This document shows positions 18,706 to 27,295 of a stretch of DNA of 64,000 nt, one piece after another. A program made the translations under genes and the position numbers. Below the pieces are notes generated by a model, which did no database searches, had not been told where the DNA came from, and worked only from the letters and a program-made list of their open reading frames with translations. This DNA is from Escherichia phage vB_EcoM_E9.1, in sequence record PP886230. One strand, written 5' to 3'. The first letter of the stretch is position 1; the number at the start of each line of letters is the position of its first letter.

Positions 18706-18853
18706 AAATATATAGTTAATAACGGTGAGTAACTATCTGCTGGTGGAACTAAAACTATTAATAAAAAAGTATTGACAAAGTATATCAGTACTGCGATAAT
18801 GTATCTCGTAGGGCGGCAATGGTGCGACGGCCCACAAAGTTAGGAGATTCAAA

Positions 18854-19186
18854 ATGACTACTTCAATCGCTATCGTTAAAGCTTTCATCCGTACTAATGT
18901 TTCCTCTGTATTCATCGACGGCCTCGACCGTAACGTAGAATACTCAATCATTATCGCACAAACGGCAAACGGTTCTCGGTACATCCTGAATGATAGTGAA
19001 GCAAATCACTACTACTTCACTAAAGCCACTGGCTTTAAACGCATCGATGCTGATGTAGTATACGCTAAGATGAATAAGCTGGTAGATAAGATTAACGCTA
19101 AAGGTACTATAGATTTACAGTACTGGACCGAAACCGATCCAGAGTATGGATCTCACCGCTACCTGAATCCAGGTATCAAAATGTAA
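18854..19186 (+). CDS. hypothetical protein
   Basis: ORF 110 aa; TTGACA promoter near 18772 with a long structured leader. Confidence 0.7.
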   Translation: MTTSIAIVKAFIRTNVSSVFIDGLDRNVEYSIIIAQTANGSRYILNDSEANHYYFTKATGFKRIDADVVYAKMNKLVDKINAKGTIDLQYWTETDPEYGSHRYLNPGIKM

Positions 19187-19275
19187 AAAGTACTTGCATA
19201 GTACTTAGATTCATGTATAATGTTTTACATAGAGAGGGGGAAATGGTTCTCCCTCCTAAATTAAGGAGTTTTATC

Positions 19276-19677
19276 ATGACCTTCTCAATCAATTCCTTCG
19301 CTGACGTTTTAGTACTGGCCCGGACTTTTGGTAAAGATGCACTGGAGTACGCTGTAAGTAATGGCACTATCCAACCGGAACAGTGCCGCATCATTGGAAA
19401 CTGCAAACGTTGGGCGGTATCCAATACTATTGCACTGGAAAACTTCCACGATGGCAACAATGAATATTCTGTTGATGTAGTATTCGAAGCCGTTGATCTC
19501 GGCGGTATCTATAATACTAACCTGAATGATGTGCGTATCGTTCGCACGGGGTTCGGTGCTTATGATGTATCTATCCGTGAAGCTATGAACACCGGATACA
19601 TTAGCAAGGACTTACTTGCTCACATCATGCAGCTGTGTACGGAACGTAACGAAGCACGTACTATCTTAGGGCTGTAA
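19276..19677 (+). CDS. hypothetical protein
   Basis: ATG after SD taaggagt; the track ORF from 19213 starts in the promoter. Confidence 0.7.
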   Translation: MTFSINSFADVLVLARTFGKDALEYAVSNGTIQPEQCRIIGNCKRWAVSNTIALENFHDGNNEYSVDVVFEAVDLGGIYNTNLNDVRIVRTGFGAYDVSIREAMNTGYISKDLLAHIMQLCTERNEARTILGL

Positions 19678-19745
19678 GCAATACACATCACCAAACATCA
19701 TAGGCCGCTCTCTAGCGGCCTTAACTATATCAGGAGTACATACAT

Positions 19746-19955
19746 ATGTTCTATACAGTATACAGCGTTCTAGGCACTATTGCAGGCGTACATGATAACG
19801 TCAATGATGCTATGCGTACAGTACTGCAACAGGTTCCACTAAAGCCTAAGACCATTAAGCAGATGACAGCACGACTAACCAGGGCGACGGCTGGCGTGGA
19901 AGTATGGCAGGACTATGGGGATACACAGATAATCGTAAGCGTAACGAAGGATTAA
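19746..19955 (+). CDS. hypothetical protein
   Basis: ORF 69 aa, SD caggagt. Confidence 0.6.
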   Translation: MFYTVYSVLGTIAGVHDNVNDAMRTVLQQVPLKPKTIKQMTARLTRATAGVEVWQDYGDTQIIVSVTKD

Positions 19956-19959
19956 TGCG

Positions 19960-20200
19960 TAAAGGGATTTAGTACTGATTCAGAAAAAAGTCAAGGCGTT
20001 TTTAAAATTATGCGTTAAAAAAATGCATAGGTAATCCCTTGACTTTTTTGAAATAAAAGGGATTGGACTATGGCAAAATGCGTAGGGGGCTAAAGGGCGG
20101 GTAACCTTAGCGACTTCGATAAAGGGGTATTACGAATAAAATGTTATTGATTTTTTATACGAATCGTATATTATAGGATTGATATTATTTTTAATGGAGT
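19960..20200. promoter_or_regulatory. non-coding junction with inverted repeats (aaaaagtcaagg / ccttgactttttt; aaagggatt x3) at the transition to AT-rich DNA
   Basis: Inverted repeats read directly; base composition changes here. Confidence 0.45.
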
Positions 20201-20204
20201 CCCT

Positions 20205-20402
20205 ATGCGTATTTTAACTAAAGAACAGCACCACGAAAGACTTATCAATAACATGGCTATGATAATGTATAAGTCCCATGACCATGGTATTGCCTATAAG
20301 CGTGAATTAATTATGGCACTATTCATTGGAACTAACTTTCAGGAAAGGTATGTCAACGATTGGATTTGGTATTTAATTGAAGATATAACGAGTAAACTAT
20401 GA
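20205..20402 (+). CDS. family A paralogue (about 70 aa, LGTNYQE-type motif)
   Basis: Motif FIGTNFQERYV. Confidence 0.65.
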   Translation: MRILTKEQHHERLINNMAMIMYKSHDHGIAYKRELIMALFIGTNFQERYVNDWIWYLIEDITSKL

Positions 20403-20599
20403 AAATGCGTATTTTAAATAAAGAAGAATATCAATCACTGTTACGTAAAAACTTCACAAAGATTTATAATACAGACACACACGTAGAACGAATGGAGTTA
20501 TACCTTTTGATTACTTTGGGAACTAACTATCAGGAAAGATGGGTGATTCAATATATGGATACATTGAAAAATAAAATATTGTCCACGAGGAAACAATGA
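20399..20599 (+). CDS. family A paralogue
   Basis: ATGA overlap; motif TLGTNYQERWV. Confidence 0.65.
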   Translation: MKMRILNKEEYQSLLRKNFTKIYNTDTHVERMELYLLITLGTNYQERWVIQYMDTLKNKILSTRKQ

Positions 20600-20805
20600 A
20601 AACTATAACACGAACCCAATCATACGGTCTTATCTTGAAATACATGGACTTAATGGTGGATATCAGCAAAGACCTTCCTAAAACTGAAATTGAAGTTGCA
20701 AGAGCAGAGATCCGCATGTTGGCTGTACTGAACACAAACCATCAGGAAGAGTATGTTGACGATTGGATTCGATTTTTAATAGAAGATATTAAGAGTAAAC
20801 TATGA
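20596..20805 (+). CDS. family A paralogue
   Basis: ATGA overlap; motif VLNTNHQEEYV. Confidence 0.65.
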   Translation: MKTITRTQSYGLILKYMDLMVDISKDLPKTEIEVARAEIRMLAVLNTNHQEEYVDDWIRFLIEDIKSKL

Positions 20806-21017
20806 TTATTATAGAAAACTCATATCAATATACTGAACGCATCGCTGCCAGACAACTTGAAATCCTCATAATATACGAAGAGACTTCTGATTTAAACTTA
20901 GCCGAGGTATTGGAAAATGATATACTATTGGGTGCATTCTTAGGAACAGACTATCAGAAGTATTATGAGGAAAAGTATTTGTCATCTCTTGAGAAATATA
21001 TCAGGAGCAAATTATGA
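20802..21017 (+). CDS. family A paralogue
   Basis: ATGA overlap; motif FLGTDYQKYYE. Confidence 0.65.
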   Translation: MIIIENSYQYTERIAARQLEILIIYEETSDLNLAEVLENDILLGAFLGTDYQKYYEEKYLSSLEKYIRSKL

Positions 21018-21226
21018 TTTTTTTAACACCAGAAGAATATAAGAAACGTTTCAATTCCGCACAGGGTGAAATCTTACTTATATACCTTTCAAATGCAGAC
21101 CTTAACTTATCAAGGGTATTAGAAAAAGATTTACTTATGGGTGCATTCCTTGATACAGACTTTCAGGTGTATTATGTAGGGGAATACTTAATTGCACTTC
21201 AGAATTATATCAGGAGTAAACTATGA
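21014..21226 (+). CDS. family A paralogue
   Basis: ATGA overlap; motif FLDTDFQVYYV. Confidence 0.65.
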   Translation: MIFLTPEEYKKRFNSAQGEILLIYLSNADLNLSRVLEKDLLMGAFLDTDFQVYYVGEYLIALQNYIRSKL

Positions 21227-21441
21227 AACATTTAAGTAATTACGAGAAGAATAAAATTATCGTTGCTGCAATAAACAAATATTTTACACTTCCTCACACA
21301 GAAGGTTTATGTGTAAGGGAACACAGGATAAACACCACCGATATACGCATGATGGCTGTACTGGGGACGAACTTTCAGGAAGAGTATGTTGTTGCACACA
21401 TAGTTGCCCTCACTGATCTAATAAGGGACAAATGTAAATGA
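21223..21441 (+). CDS. family A paralogue
   Basis: ATGA overlap; motif VLGTNFQEEYV. Confidence 0.65.
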   Translation: MKHLSNYEKNKIIVAAINKYFTLPHTEGLCVREHRINTTDIRMMAVLGTNFQEEYVVAHIVALTDLIRDKCK

Positions 21442-21695
21442 AACACTTAACTGATGATGAATTTGAAACTATAATTCGTAAACTAACCCCCATCACAAGG
21501 ATAGTCTACGGTGACCCCAGCCTTACATGGAACCAAATGCGAGCTAAAGTTAATGAGCTATGGTTGCTGTACTTTATGGGGACTCAATATCAAGATAAGT
21601 TTTGCACAGAATATATCGAACAATTAACGAATGTTATACAGGATAAACTAGATGATTATTTGCTCACAAAACATGAAGACTTTATCAGGAGTTGA
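21438..21695 (+). CDS. family A paralogue with C-terminal read-through
   Basis: Motif FMGTQYQDKF; the usual KL-stop/ATGA junction is disrupted near 21645. Confidence 0.6.
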   Translation: MKHLTDDEFETIIRKLTPITRIVYGDPSLTWNQMRAKVNELWLLYFMGTQYQDKFCTEYIEQLTNVIQDKLDDYLLTKHEDFIRS

Positions 21696-21924
21696 GTATC
21701 AAACTGCCCTATTCTCTTTAATCCATACCCTTAGAAAAAACAATGCCTTACATGGTGCACCTGAAGTGGATGTTATCAACGGTGAACTTTATCTTATGAA
21801 ATTCATTGGAACAAACTATCAAGATCTGTTCATTCAACGATACTTATCCGCATTAAGAAACCAAATCCAATATAAAACCATCAAGGCCAAAAAAGAATGG
21901 AATAAACAATGCGACAAAGACTAA
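21652..21924 (+). CDS. family A paralogue (start uncertain, 21652 or 21673)
   Basis: Motif FIGTNYQDLFI. Confidence 0.6.
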   Translation: MIICSQNMKTLSGVEYQTALFSLIHTLRKNNALHGAPEVDVINGELYLMKFIGTNYQDLFIQRYLSALRNQIQYKTIKAKKEWNKQCDKD

Positions 21925-22160
21925 ATCACAAAATGTATTGTAAACTATTGCAGACACTGGCACAGAAACACTATGACACTGTATCTGAAATATTACCCTA
22001 TGATATCATGCGTTTAATTCATAGTGAGGCAGAGATGCTTGTACTGATGACAGGCACTGATAAAAAAGCAATTGCCAAATCAATAGATATGTTCATCGAA
22101 GCACAATGTCAACACATTAGAACCGAGATATGGAGACGAGAGAATGATAACACTAAATGA
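21909..22160 (+). CDS. family A paralogue (divergent)
   Basis: Degenerate motif LMTGTDKKAI at the usual position. Confidence 0.5.
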   Translation: MRQRLNHKMYCKLLQTLAQKHYDTVSEILPYDIMRLIHSEAEMLVLMTGTDKKAIAKSIDMFIEAQCQHIRTEIWRRENDNTK

Positions 22161-22359
22161 GTTTCAGTATCATTGGAGGTTACAAACTATCAAATCAAAA
22201 GTGTATAGTATTGTGTTAAACAAATCTATTGCACAAGAGGACAAATGTGTTATAATAGCTGAAATGAAGTTGGGTGCTTTCGTAGGGACAAACTATCAAA
22301 ACATCTACACTGACGTATTGTTAAGTGCCTTACGTAACAAGGTGGTATCCAAAATATGA
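22144..22359 (+). CDS. family A paralogue
   Basis: Motif FVGTNYQNIY. Confidence 0.65.
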   Translation: MITLNEFQYHWRLQTIKSKVYSIVLNKSIAQEDKCVIIAEMKLGAFVGTNYQNIYTDVLLSALRNKVVSKI

Positions 22360-22574
22360 GAAATTTACAAGGCTTTGAATACATCAGACTCCTGAAAACA
22401 TGCACCAGCAGAAGGAAAATCTTATCAAGCGATAAGAGCATCCAAGCTAACTTTAAGCACGCACTAGTAACTGAACTCTATGTAGGTGCACTCTTAGGCA
22501 CAAATTATCAACAAATGTATGTAGATCTATGGATTGACGCTCTACAGAAAGAGGTTAAAAGTAAATGCAAATGA
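22356..22574 (+). CDS. family A paralogue
   Basis: ATGA overlap; motif LLGTNYQQMYV. Confidence 0.65.
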   Translation: MRNLQGFEYIRLLKTCTSRRKILSSDKSIQANFKHALVTELYVGALLGTNYQQMYVDLWIDALQKEVKSKCK

Positions 22575-22783
22575 TTAATTTAAGTAAAGACGAATTTTAT
22601 GTTATACTGGCGAAAACTTATCCAGCACGTAAGGCCGTTTATGATAGTCACATTATTGAACCCTCAAAGAAGTTGATTTTAGTAAATGAGATAAAGATGC
22701 TTTCAGTCTTAGGAACAAACTATCAAGAGAATGCTGTACTGATGTTAATTGATGCCCTCCAGCGAGAGGTTAAACGTAAATGA
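22565..22783 (+). CDS. family A paralogue
   Basis: Motif VLGTNYQENAV. Confidence 0.65.
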   Translation: MQMINLSKDEFYVILAKTYPARKAVYDSHIIEPSKKLILVNEIKMLSVLGTNYQENAVLMLIDALQREVKRK

Positions 22784-23010
22784 AAATGATTAATTTAACT
22801 TACCATGAATATCAAAAACGTTTAAATGCATCCAGAGATATAAGGATTCAAATATTCAATAACAAAAGATTGAAGCCTGATATCAGGAAAATCAAAATCA
22901 TAGAAGCCGTGTTGTGCAACTTCCTAGGGACTAACTATCAGGAAGGTAAGGTAGAAAACTATCTTATAGAACTCATGAATAGTATTGAAAATAAATGTAA
23001 GGGTAATTAA
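22780..23010 (+). CDS. family A paralogue
   Basis: ATGA overlap; motif FLGTNYQEGKV; C-terminus runs into the duplicated 38-bp segment. Confidence 0.65.
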   Translation: MKMINLTYHEYQKRLNASRDIRIQIFNNKRLKPDIRKIKIIEAVLCNFLGTNYQEGKVENYLIELMNSIENKCKGN

Positions 23011-23011
23011 C

Positions 23012-23251
23012 ATGAAAATGATTAAATTATCTCAAGCAAAATATAAAGAACGCCTGGTAAAAATTGCACCTGGACTTAATGAAATCCATCACGGAGAAGT
23101 CATTAAACACGGAAATAAGATGATTATGAAACTTGAGTTAAAGGTGGGTGCATTCATAGGAACAAACTATCAGGAGTATTATGTAGATGAATACATAATC
23201 GCACTTAAGAGATACATTGGAAGAAAACTATATCTACAAACTAAAGAATAG
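23012..23251 (+). CDS. family A paralogue
   Basis: ATG start MKMIKLSQ (track ORF begins at TTG 22985); motif FIGTNYQEYYV. Confidence 0.6.
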   Translation: MKMIKLSQAKYKERLVKIAPGLNEIHHGEVIKHGNKMIMKLELKVGAFIGTNYQEYYVDEYIIALKRYIGRKLYLQTKE

Positions 23252-23280
23252 TATTGAAAATAAATGTAAGGGTAATTAAC

Positions 23281-23544
23281 ATGCAAATGATCAATTTAAG
23301 TAAAGATGAATATACCGAGCGTATGACAAAAATTACGCACAAACGTAATACAATCTATCACAACCCAGAAATTCAACACAGTAAGAAAATGATTATGATG
23401 CGTGAGTTAAAGATGGGTGTATTCTTAGGAACAAACTATCAAGATACAGAAGTAAATCGCTTAATCGCGGAGTTACTACTGGAAATCAGAGGTAAGCTGT
23501 ACTTTCATCAAATGACCCAACCACTGAGGTGTACTAAGAAATGA
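23281..23544 (+). CDS. family A paralogue
   Basis: ATG start MQMINLSK (track ORF begins at TTG 23254); motif FLGTNYQDTEV. Confidence 0.6.
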   Translation: MQMINLSKDEYTERMTKITHKRNTIYHNPEIQHSKKMIMMRELKMGVFLGTNYQDTEVNRLIAELLLEIRGKLYFHQMTQPLRCTKK

Positions 23545-23756
23545 TCAACATCACATTGCAAGAAAGATTCATCCGAATCAACTATGCAATTACCAAATTA
23601 GATGCTACTATAGGATTCCAAAGTCTACCATACAAAACCAGATTGTTATTAGAGTGTGAAGCTAAGTTGGGTGTACTATTAGGGACGCAACACCAACAAC
23701 GATATGTGGAAATCTGGATTGATCTTTTAACCCAGGATGTACATGAGAGAATGTAA
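23541..23756 (+). CDS. family A paralogue
   Basis: ATGA overlap; motif LLGTQHQQRYV. Confidence 0.65.
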   Translation: MINITLQERFIRINYAITKLDATIGFQSLPYKTRLLLECEAKLGVLLGTQHQQRYVEIWIDLLTQDVHERM

Positions 23757-24011
23757 ATGCAAAATGAAATGATATACTTAACCTATAATGAATACGTCGA
23801 GAGATTAGTTCGTGCCAAGAGATATACCAATAAACGTCCAATTGACCTAAACCAAACCCCTGCCGAAAGGAGTGCAGAAGTTTTATTCCAATCACTACCA
23901 TACCTTCTTGGAACTGATAGACAAGAGGAATATGTTGCACGTATGATTAGATATCTTAAAATCACTATTAAGGAAAAAGTAAATGCAAATGAAATACTTA
24001 ACAGACGATGA
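23757..24011 (+). CDS. family A paralogue
   Basis: Motif LLGTDRQEEYV. Confidence 0.65.
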   Translation: MQNEMIYLTYNEYVERLVRAKRYTNKRPIDLNQTPAERSAEVLFQSLPYLLGTDRQEEYVARMIRYLKITIKEKVNANEILNRR

Positions 24012-24234
24012 GTTAAAAGAACGACTAATTAAATCCAGAAAACTTACAAATCAACTTCCAAACGACACAAACAAGTCACATGCCGAAAGGAGTGCAGAAG
24101 TTTTATACATTCAACTCATGTACTTTCTTGGCACTGACAGACAAGAGTATTACATTGAAAGTATGCTTCGATATCTTAAATTCTCTATAAAGGAAAAGAT
24201 ACATGCTCAAGAATTTAAAAATCCTAACAGTTAA
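23983..24234 (+). CDS. family A paralogue
   Basis: Motif FLGTDRQEYYI; close paralogue of the previous gene (shared SHAERSAEVL). Confidence 0.65.
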   Translation: MQMKYLTDDELKERLIKSRKLTNQLPNDTNKSHAERSAEVLYIQLMYFLGTDRQEYYIESMLRYLKFSIKEKIHAQEFKNPNS

Positions 24235-24445
24235 TGAATATCATACGATTGTAATGAAAACTAATAGTGCAATTTCTAAAAAATCAAACCCAAAGTACAT
24301 ACTGGAACACACATTCGAAGAACGTCAATTAGCTTTAGTTGAAGCAAAACTTCTTGCACTCCTAGGAACAAACTATCAAGAAGAATACATCAGAAAACTA
24401 ATATACCTTTTAACTAAACATATAAGAAAAAGAAAAAATGCATGA
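24203..24445 (+). CDS. family A paralogue
   Basis: Motif LLGTNYQEEYI. Confidence 0.65.
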   Translation: MLKNLKILTVNEYHTIVMKTNSAISKKSNPKYILEHTFEERQLALVEAKLLALLGTNYQEEYIRKLIYLLTKHIRKRKNA

Positions 24446-24672
24446 AACACTTGACAGATGATGAACATGGGCTTATAGTAATGGATGTAATCAACATCGA
24501 ATACAAAAAGTTGATACGCTACCGTTGTTATGAAGATAAGCAACTCGTTCTAGCAGAACAGAAGTTGTTTCGACTCTTAAACACAAACTACCAAGCACAA
24601 TACGAAGAATCGTATATGTACCTTTTGGCGAGGAAAGCAAAAAGAGATTATGAAAATTTTAAGCGAAGGTGA
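24442..24672 (+). CDS. family A paralogue
   Basis: ATGA overlap; motif LLNTNYQAQYE. Confidence 0.65.
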   Translation: MKHLTDDEHGLIVMDVINIEYKKLIRYRCYEDKQLVLAEQKLFRLLNTNYQAQYEESYMYLLARKAKRDYENFKRR

Positions 24673-24865
24673 TTCAGTAATATTACTTATAGAGAATGCA
24701 AGTAAATTCTTAAACATAACACTGTCTGATATAGATGATGATGACAAAGAAGTACTTAGAGCCGATTTAAGAGTTCTTTTATATGTTGGAACTAACTTAC
24801 AAGAGCAATACATTGAGGACTACATCAATGAACTTAAAGAATCAGTACTGAGAAAATGCAAATGA
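24650..24865 (+). CDS. family A paralogue
   Basis: Motif YVGTNLQEQYI. Confidence 0.65.
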   Translation: MKILSEGDSVILLIENASKFLNITLSDIDDDDKEVLRADLRVLLYVGTNLQEQYIEDYINELKESVLRKCK

Positions 24866-25095
24866 AAATCATTACAGAAGAAGAATACCTAACAATCATA
24901 AATGGACTGTTTTTGAAGTTATTTGCCATTAACACATCAAAACTACCAGATACTGATAAAATCATTAAGTTAAATGAAATCTACGTTCAAGCTACTCTAG
25001 GAACTAACTATCAAGAAGCCAATGTGTATAATTACATTAATACACTCAAAAGGGTAATACAATTAAAATGCACAAACATATACACAAACCCCTAG
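24856..25095 (+). CDS. family A paralogue
   Basis: Motif TLGTNYQEANV. Confidence 0.65.
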   Translation: MQMKIITEEEYLTIINGLFLKLFAINTSKLPDTDKIIKLNEIYVQATLGTNYQEANVYNYINTLKRVIQLKCTNIYTNP

Positions 25096-25295
25096 GAACA
25101 GCAGAATACATTGAACTCATGGGATTACACTTCTCATCCTTTAAGAAACTGATGCAAGAATCAAATAATGATTTAGAATATCACATCAAAAGTTCAGATT
25201 TAAGATTGCTACTCACTCTAGGAACAGATTCCCAAGAGCGATTTGTCAATGAGCATATTAGAGCACTTTTAAATGGCATCAGGAATAAACTATGA
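25068..25295 (+). CDS. family A paralogue
   Basis: Motif TLGTDSQERFV. Confidence 0.65.
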   Translation: MHKHIHKPLGTAEYIELMGLHFSSFKKLMQESNNDLEYHIKSSDLRLLLTLGTDSQERFVNEHIRALLNGIRNKL

Positions 25296-25507
25296 AGGAA
25301 ATATCAAATCAAGAGTACTTGGCACTATTCAGGAAGAATAATCACAAATATATGGCACTTGATTCAAGAACTGATATAAGTGAACTTGAAAAAAATCTTT
25401 TGCGTTCAGATATGATAGTACTGACACTCTTAGGAACACAGCATCAAGAGAGAACTGTTAATTCACACATAGGGATTCTTATGCAGATAGTACAGGAAAA
25501 GATATGA
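25292..25507 (+). CDS. family A paralogue
   Basis: ATGA overlap; motif LLGTQHQERTV. Confidence 0.65.
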   Translation: MKEISNQEYLALFRKNNHKYMALDSRTDISELEKNLLRSDMIVLTLLGTQHQERTVNSHIGILMQIVQEKI

Positions 25508-25725
25508 TAATCATAACACAACAAGATATTCTTAAGTTCACAAGGGTTCATGCATCTGAATTTGATGCTATATTATCAAAAAGTTACAACAACCCTTATA
25601 CACAAGATGTACATTACAGTGAATTATGGATGTATATACTTTTAGGTACAAATAAACAAGAGCAAGCAGTACAGAAGTATTTGACAGCTTTACGTGATGC
25701 TACTGCTAATGGAGTACATGTTTAA
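25504..25725 (+). CDS. family A paralogue
   Basis: ATGA overlap; motif LLGTNKQEQAV. Confidence 0.65.
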   Translation: MIIITQQDILKFTRVHASEFDAILSKSYNNPYTQDVHYSELWMYILLGTNKQEQAVQKYLTALRDATANGVHV

Positions 25726-25726
25726 T

Positions 25727-25969
25727 ATGAAAGTACTGACAGAACTAGAAATGTATCATAGATTTAATAAGTACTATCATTTACTTAAGCCTATACAGAG
25801 GATTAAATGTCCATTTGAAGAGAAACAGGTTTTAATCTATGAGCACAAGTTCTTTGTATCATTAGGTACAGATCAACAAGAGTACTATTTGACGTTGTAC
25901 TTGATTACATTAATAGATTTAATTCACTATAAAACAAAACAAGCTAATAAAGAGAAATATGAAAACTAA
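25727..25969 (+). CDS. family A paralogue
   Basis: Motif SLGTDQQEYYL; ATG at 25727 chosen (track ORF from 25694). Confidence 0.6.
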   Translation: MKVLTELEMYHRFNKYYHLLKPIQRIKCPFEEKQVLIYEHKFFVSLGTDQQEYYLTLYLITLIDLIHYKTKQANKEKYEN

Positions 25970-26303
25970 TATACAACTCAAGGTATATAAATCATTTGAA
26001 CATACATATATCAAAAGTAGTCTATGTAGAGATGTAATGGATTACAAGGGTAAGCCATTCACAATTACCTATGATTCTTATGTTAGTGATTTATATATAT
26101 CATTTGTTAATTACGAAAATAAAATATACAAGCACGTTGATATTAAAGATTTAAGTACTTTATCTGAAGAGGAATACTTTCAGGAATCATTAGTATGGGA
26201 TTTAGAGTTTCCTATGCCATTAGTACATAAGATGATAGTACTAATGAAAGAATCTAAACAGGAGCCTAATGGTGATTATGAAGAACACACAGTTGAGTAT
26301 TAA
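25959..26303 (+). CDS. family B paralogue (EEYYFQ-S-L-V-D motif family)
   Basis: Motif EEEYFQESLVWD. Confidence 0.65.
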   Translation: MKTNIQLKVYKSFEHTYIKSSLCRDVMDYKGKPFTITYDSYVSDLYISFVNYENKIYKHVDIKDLSTLSEEEYFQESLVWDLEFPMPLVHKMIVLMKESKQEPNGDYEEHTVEY

Positions 26304-26673
26304 AAGTACTGATAATATTAAGAGTTATACAAGCTCAAGTACTGTGACAATCGAAGTGAATTCTCTTAATGCTGGTAATACAGTAGATAAGTTCTTTATT
26401 GCTCAAGGGTACAGGAAAGATATTCATCAATATTGTTCAGTATATGGGGAGTACAATAGTACTGAAGATATAATTTATTGGTCAACACATCAAGATTATC
26501 TAACTAAAATTGGCGTTCCAGATGTTAGTACTTTATCTGAAGAAGAATACTTTCAGTACAGCTTAGTACATGATTTACCTATACCTTTAGGGTTAATCAA
26601 GGGTATACAGGAAGAGGTTCATAAGCTTAAATCCATGAGTAAAGGTACTTTCATTAGAACAGTGCAATACTAG
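26269..26673 (+). CDS. family B paralogue
   Basis: Motif EEEYFQYSLVHD. Confidence 0.65.
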   Translation: MVIMKNTQLSIKSTDNIKSYTSSSTVTIEVNSLNAGNTVDKFFIAQGYRKDIHQYCSVYGEYNSTEDIIYWSTHQDYLTKIGVPDVSTLSEEEYFQYSLVHDLPIPLGLIKGIQEEVHKLKSMSKGTFIRTVQY

Positions 26674-26732
26674 CTTGACAGTACTTTTCATTACTGATAT
26701 AGTACACTAACGTTAATCATAGGGTAAAAATT

Positions 26733-26978
26733 ATGTTAAATTTTTTAAATTTTCTTATCGTCTTGTGTATTGTTCTTGGGATTGCACCATTTGTATTGTA
26801 TTTCATGGATTCAGATGAAATGCAGAAGATGAATTGCACAAGGACAGGACAGAGTAGAGTAGAGACGATTCTTATGCCTGTTACGGTTATTGTTAACAAC
26901 ATGCCCATTACGAACATGGTCCCTACCCTAACGACAACGTACCAGTACTCTTGTACAGACGGAGAGAGGTGGAGATGA
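26733..26978 (+). CDS. putative small membrane protein
   Basis: ORF 81 aa with hydrophobic N-terminal segment; preferred over the overlapping minus-strand ORF. Confidence 0.4.
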   Translation: MLNFLNFLIVLCIVLGIAPFVLYFMDSDEMQKMNCTRTGQSRVETILMPVTVIVNNMPITNMVPTLTTTYQYSCTDGERWR

Positions 26979-27295
26979 AATTTAATATAGCAAAAACATC
27001 GAGTATATGTATTTTTGGTTATGCAGAAGAGTTAGGTGATATTGACATTCTTTTGTACAAAAAGGATGGTGTTATGCATTTCAAGTACCAGGATGAAGAG
27101 GCAGACAATTATCTTTTACCTAATTTAGTACAAATGCAGGAAGAGGAATTATTCCAGTACAGCTTAATATACGACATTGATATTTGCACGATGCCAGTAC
27201 TAATTAGTATTCAAAAAGTGATGCTCGATATGTATGATAAGCTAATACAAGGTACATCAGGGAGAATCATTGAAATCGATATACAAGACAATTAA
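26975..27295 (+). CDS. family B paralogue
   Basis: Motif EEELFQYSLIYD; ATG at 26975 after SD ggag. Confidence 0.6.
   Translation: MKFNIAKTSSICIFGYAEELGDIDILLYKKDGVMHFKYQDEEADNYLLPNLVQMQEEELFQYSLIYDIDICTMPVLISIQKVMLDMYDKLIQGTSGRIIEIDIQDN

Noticed and set aside
1642-19300. CRISPR-like appearance of regularly spaced conserved hairpins
   Set aside because: The conserved units are promoter and leader cassettes separated by protein-coding genes of variable length, not short uniform spacers.
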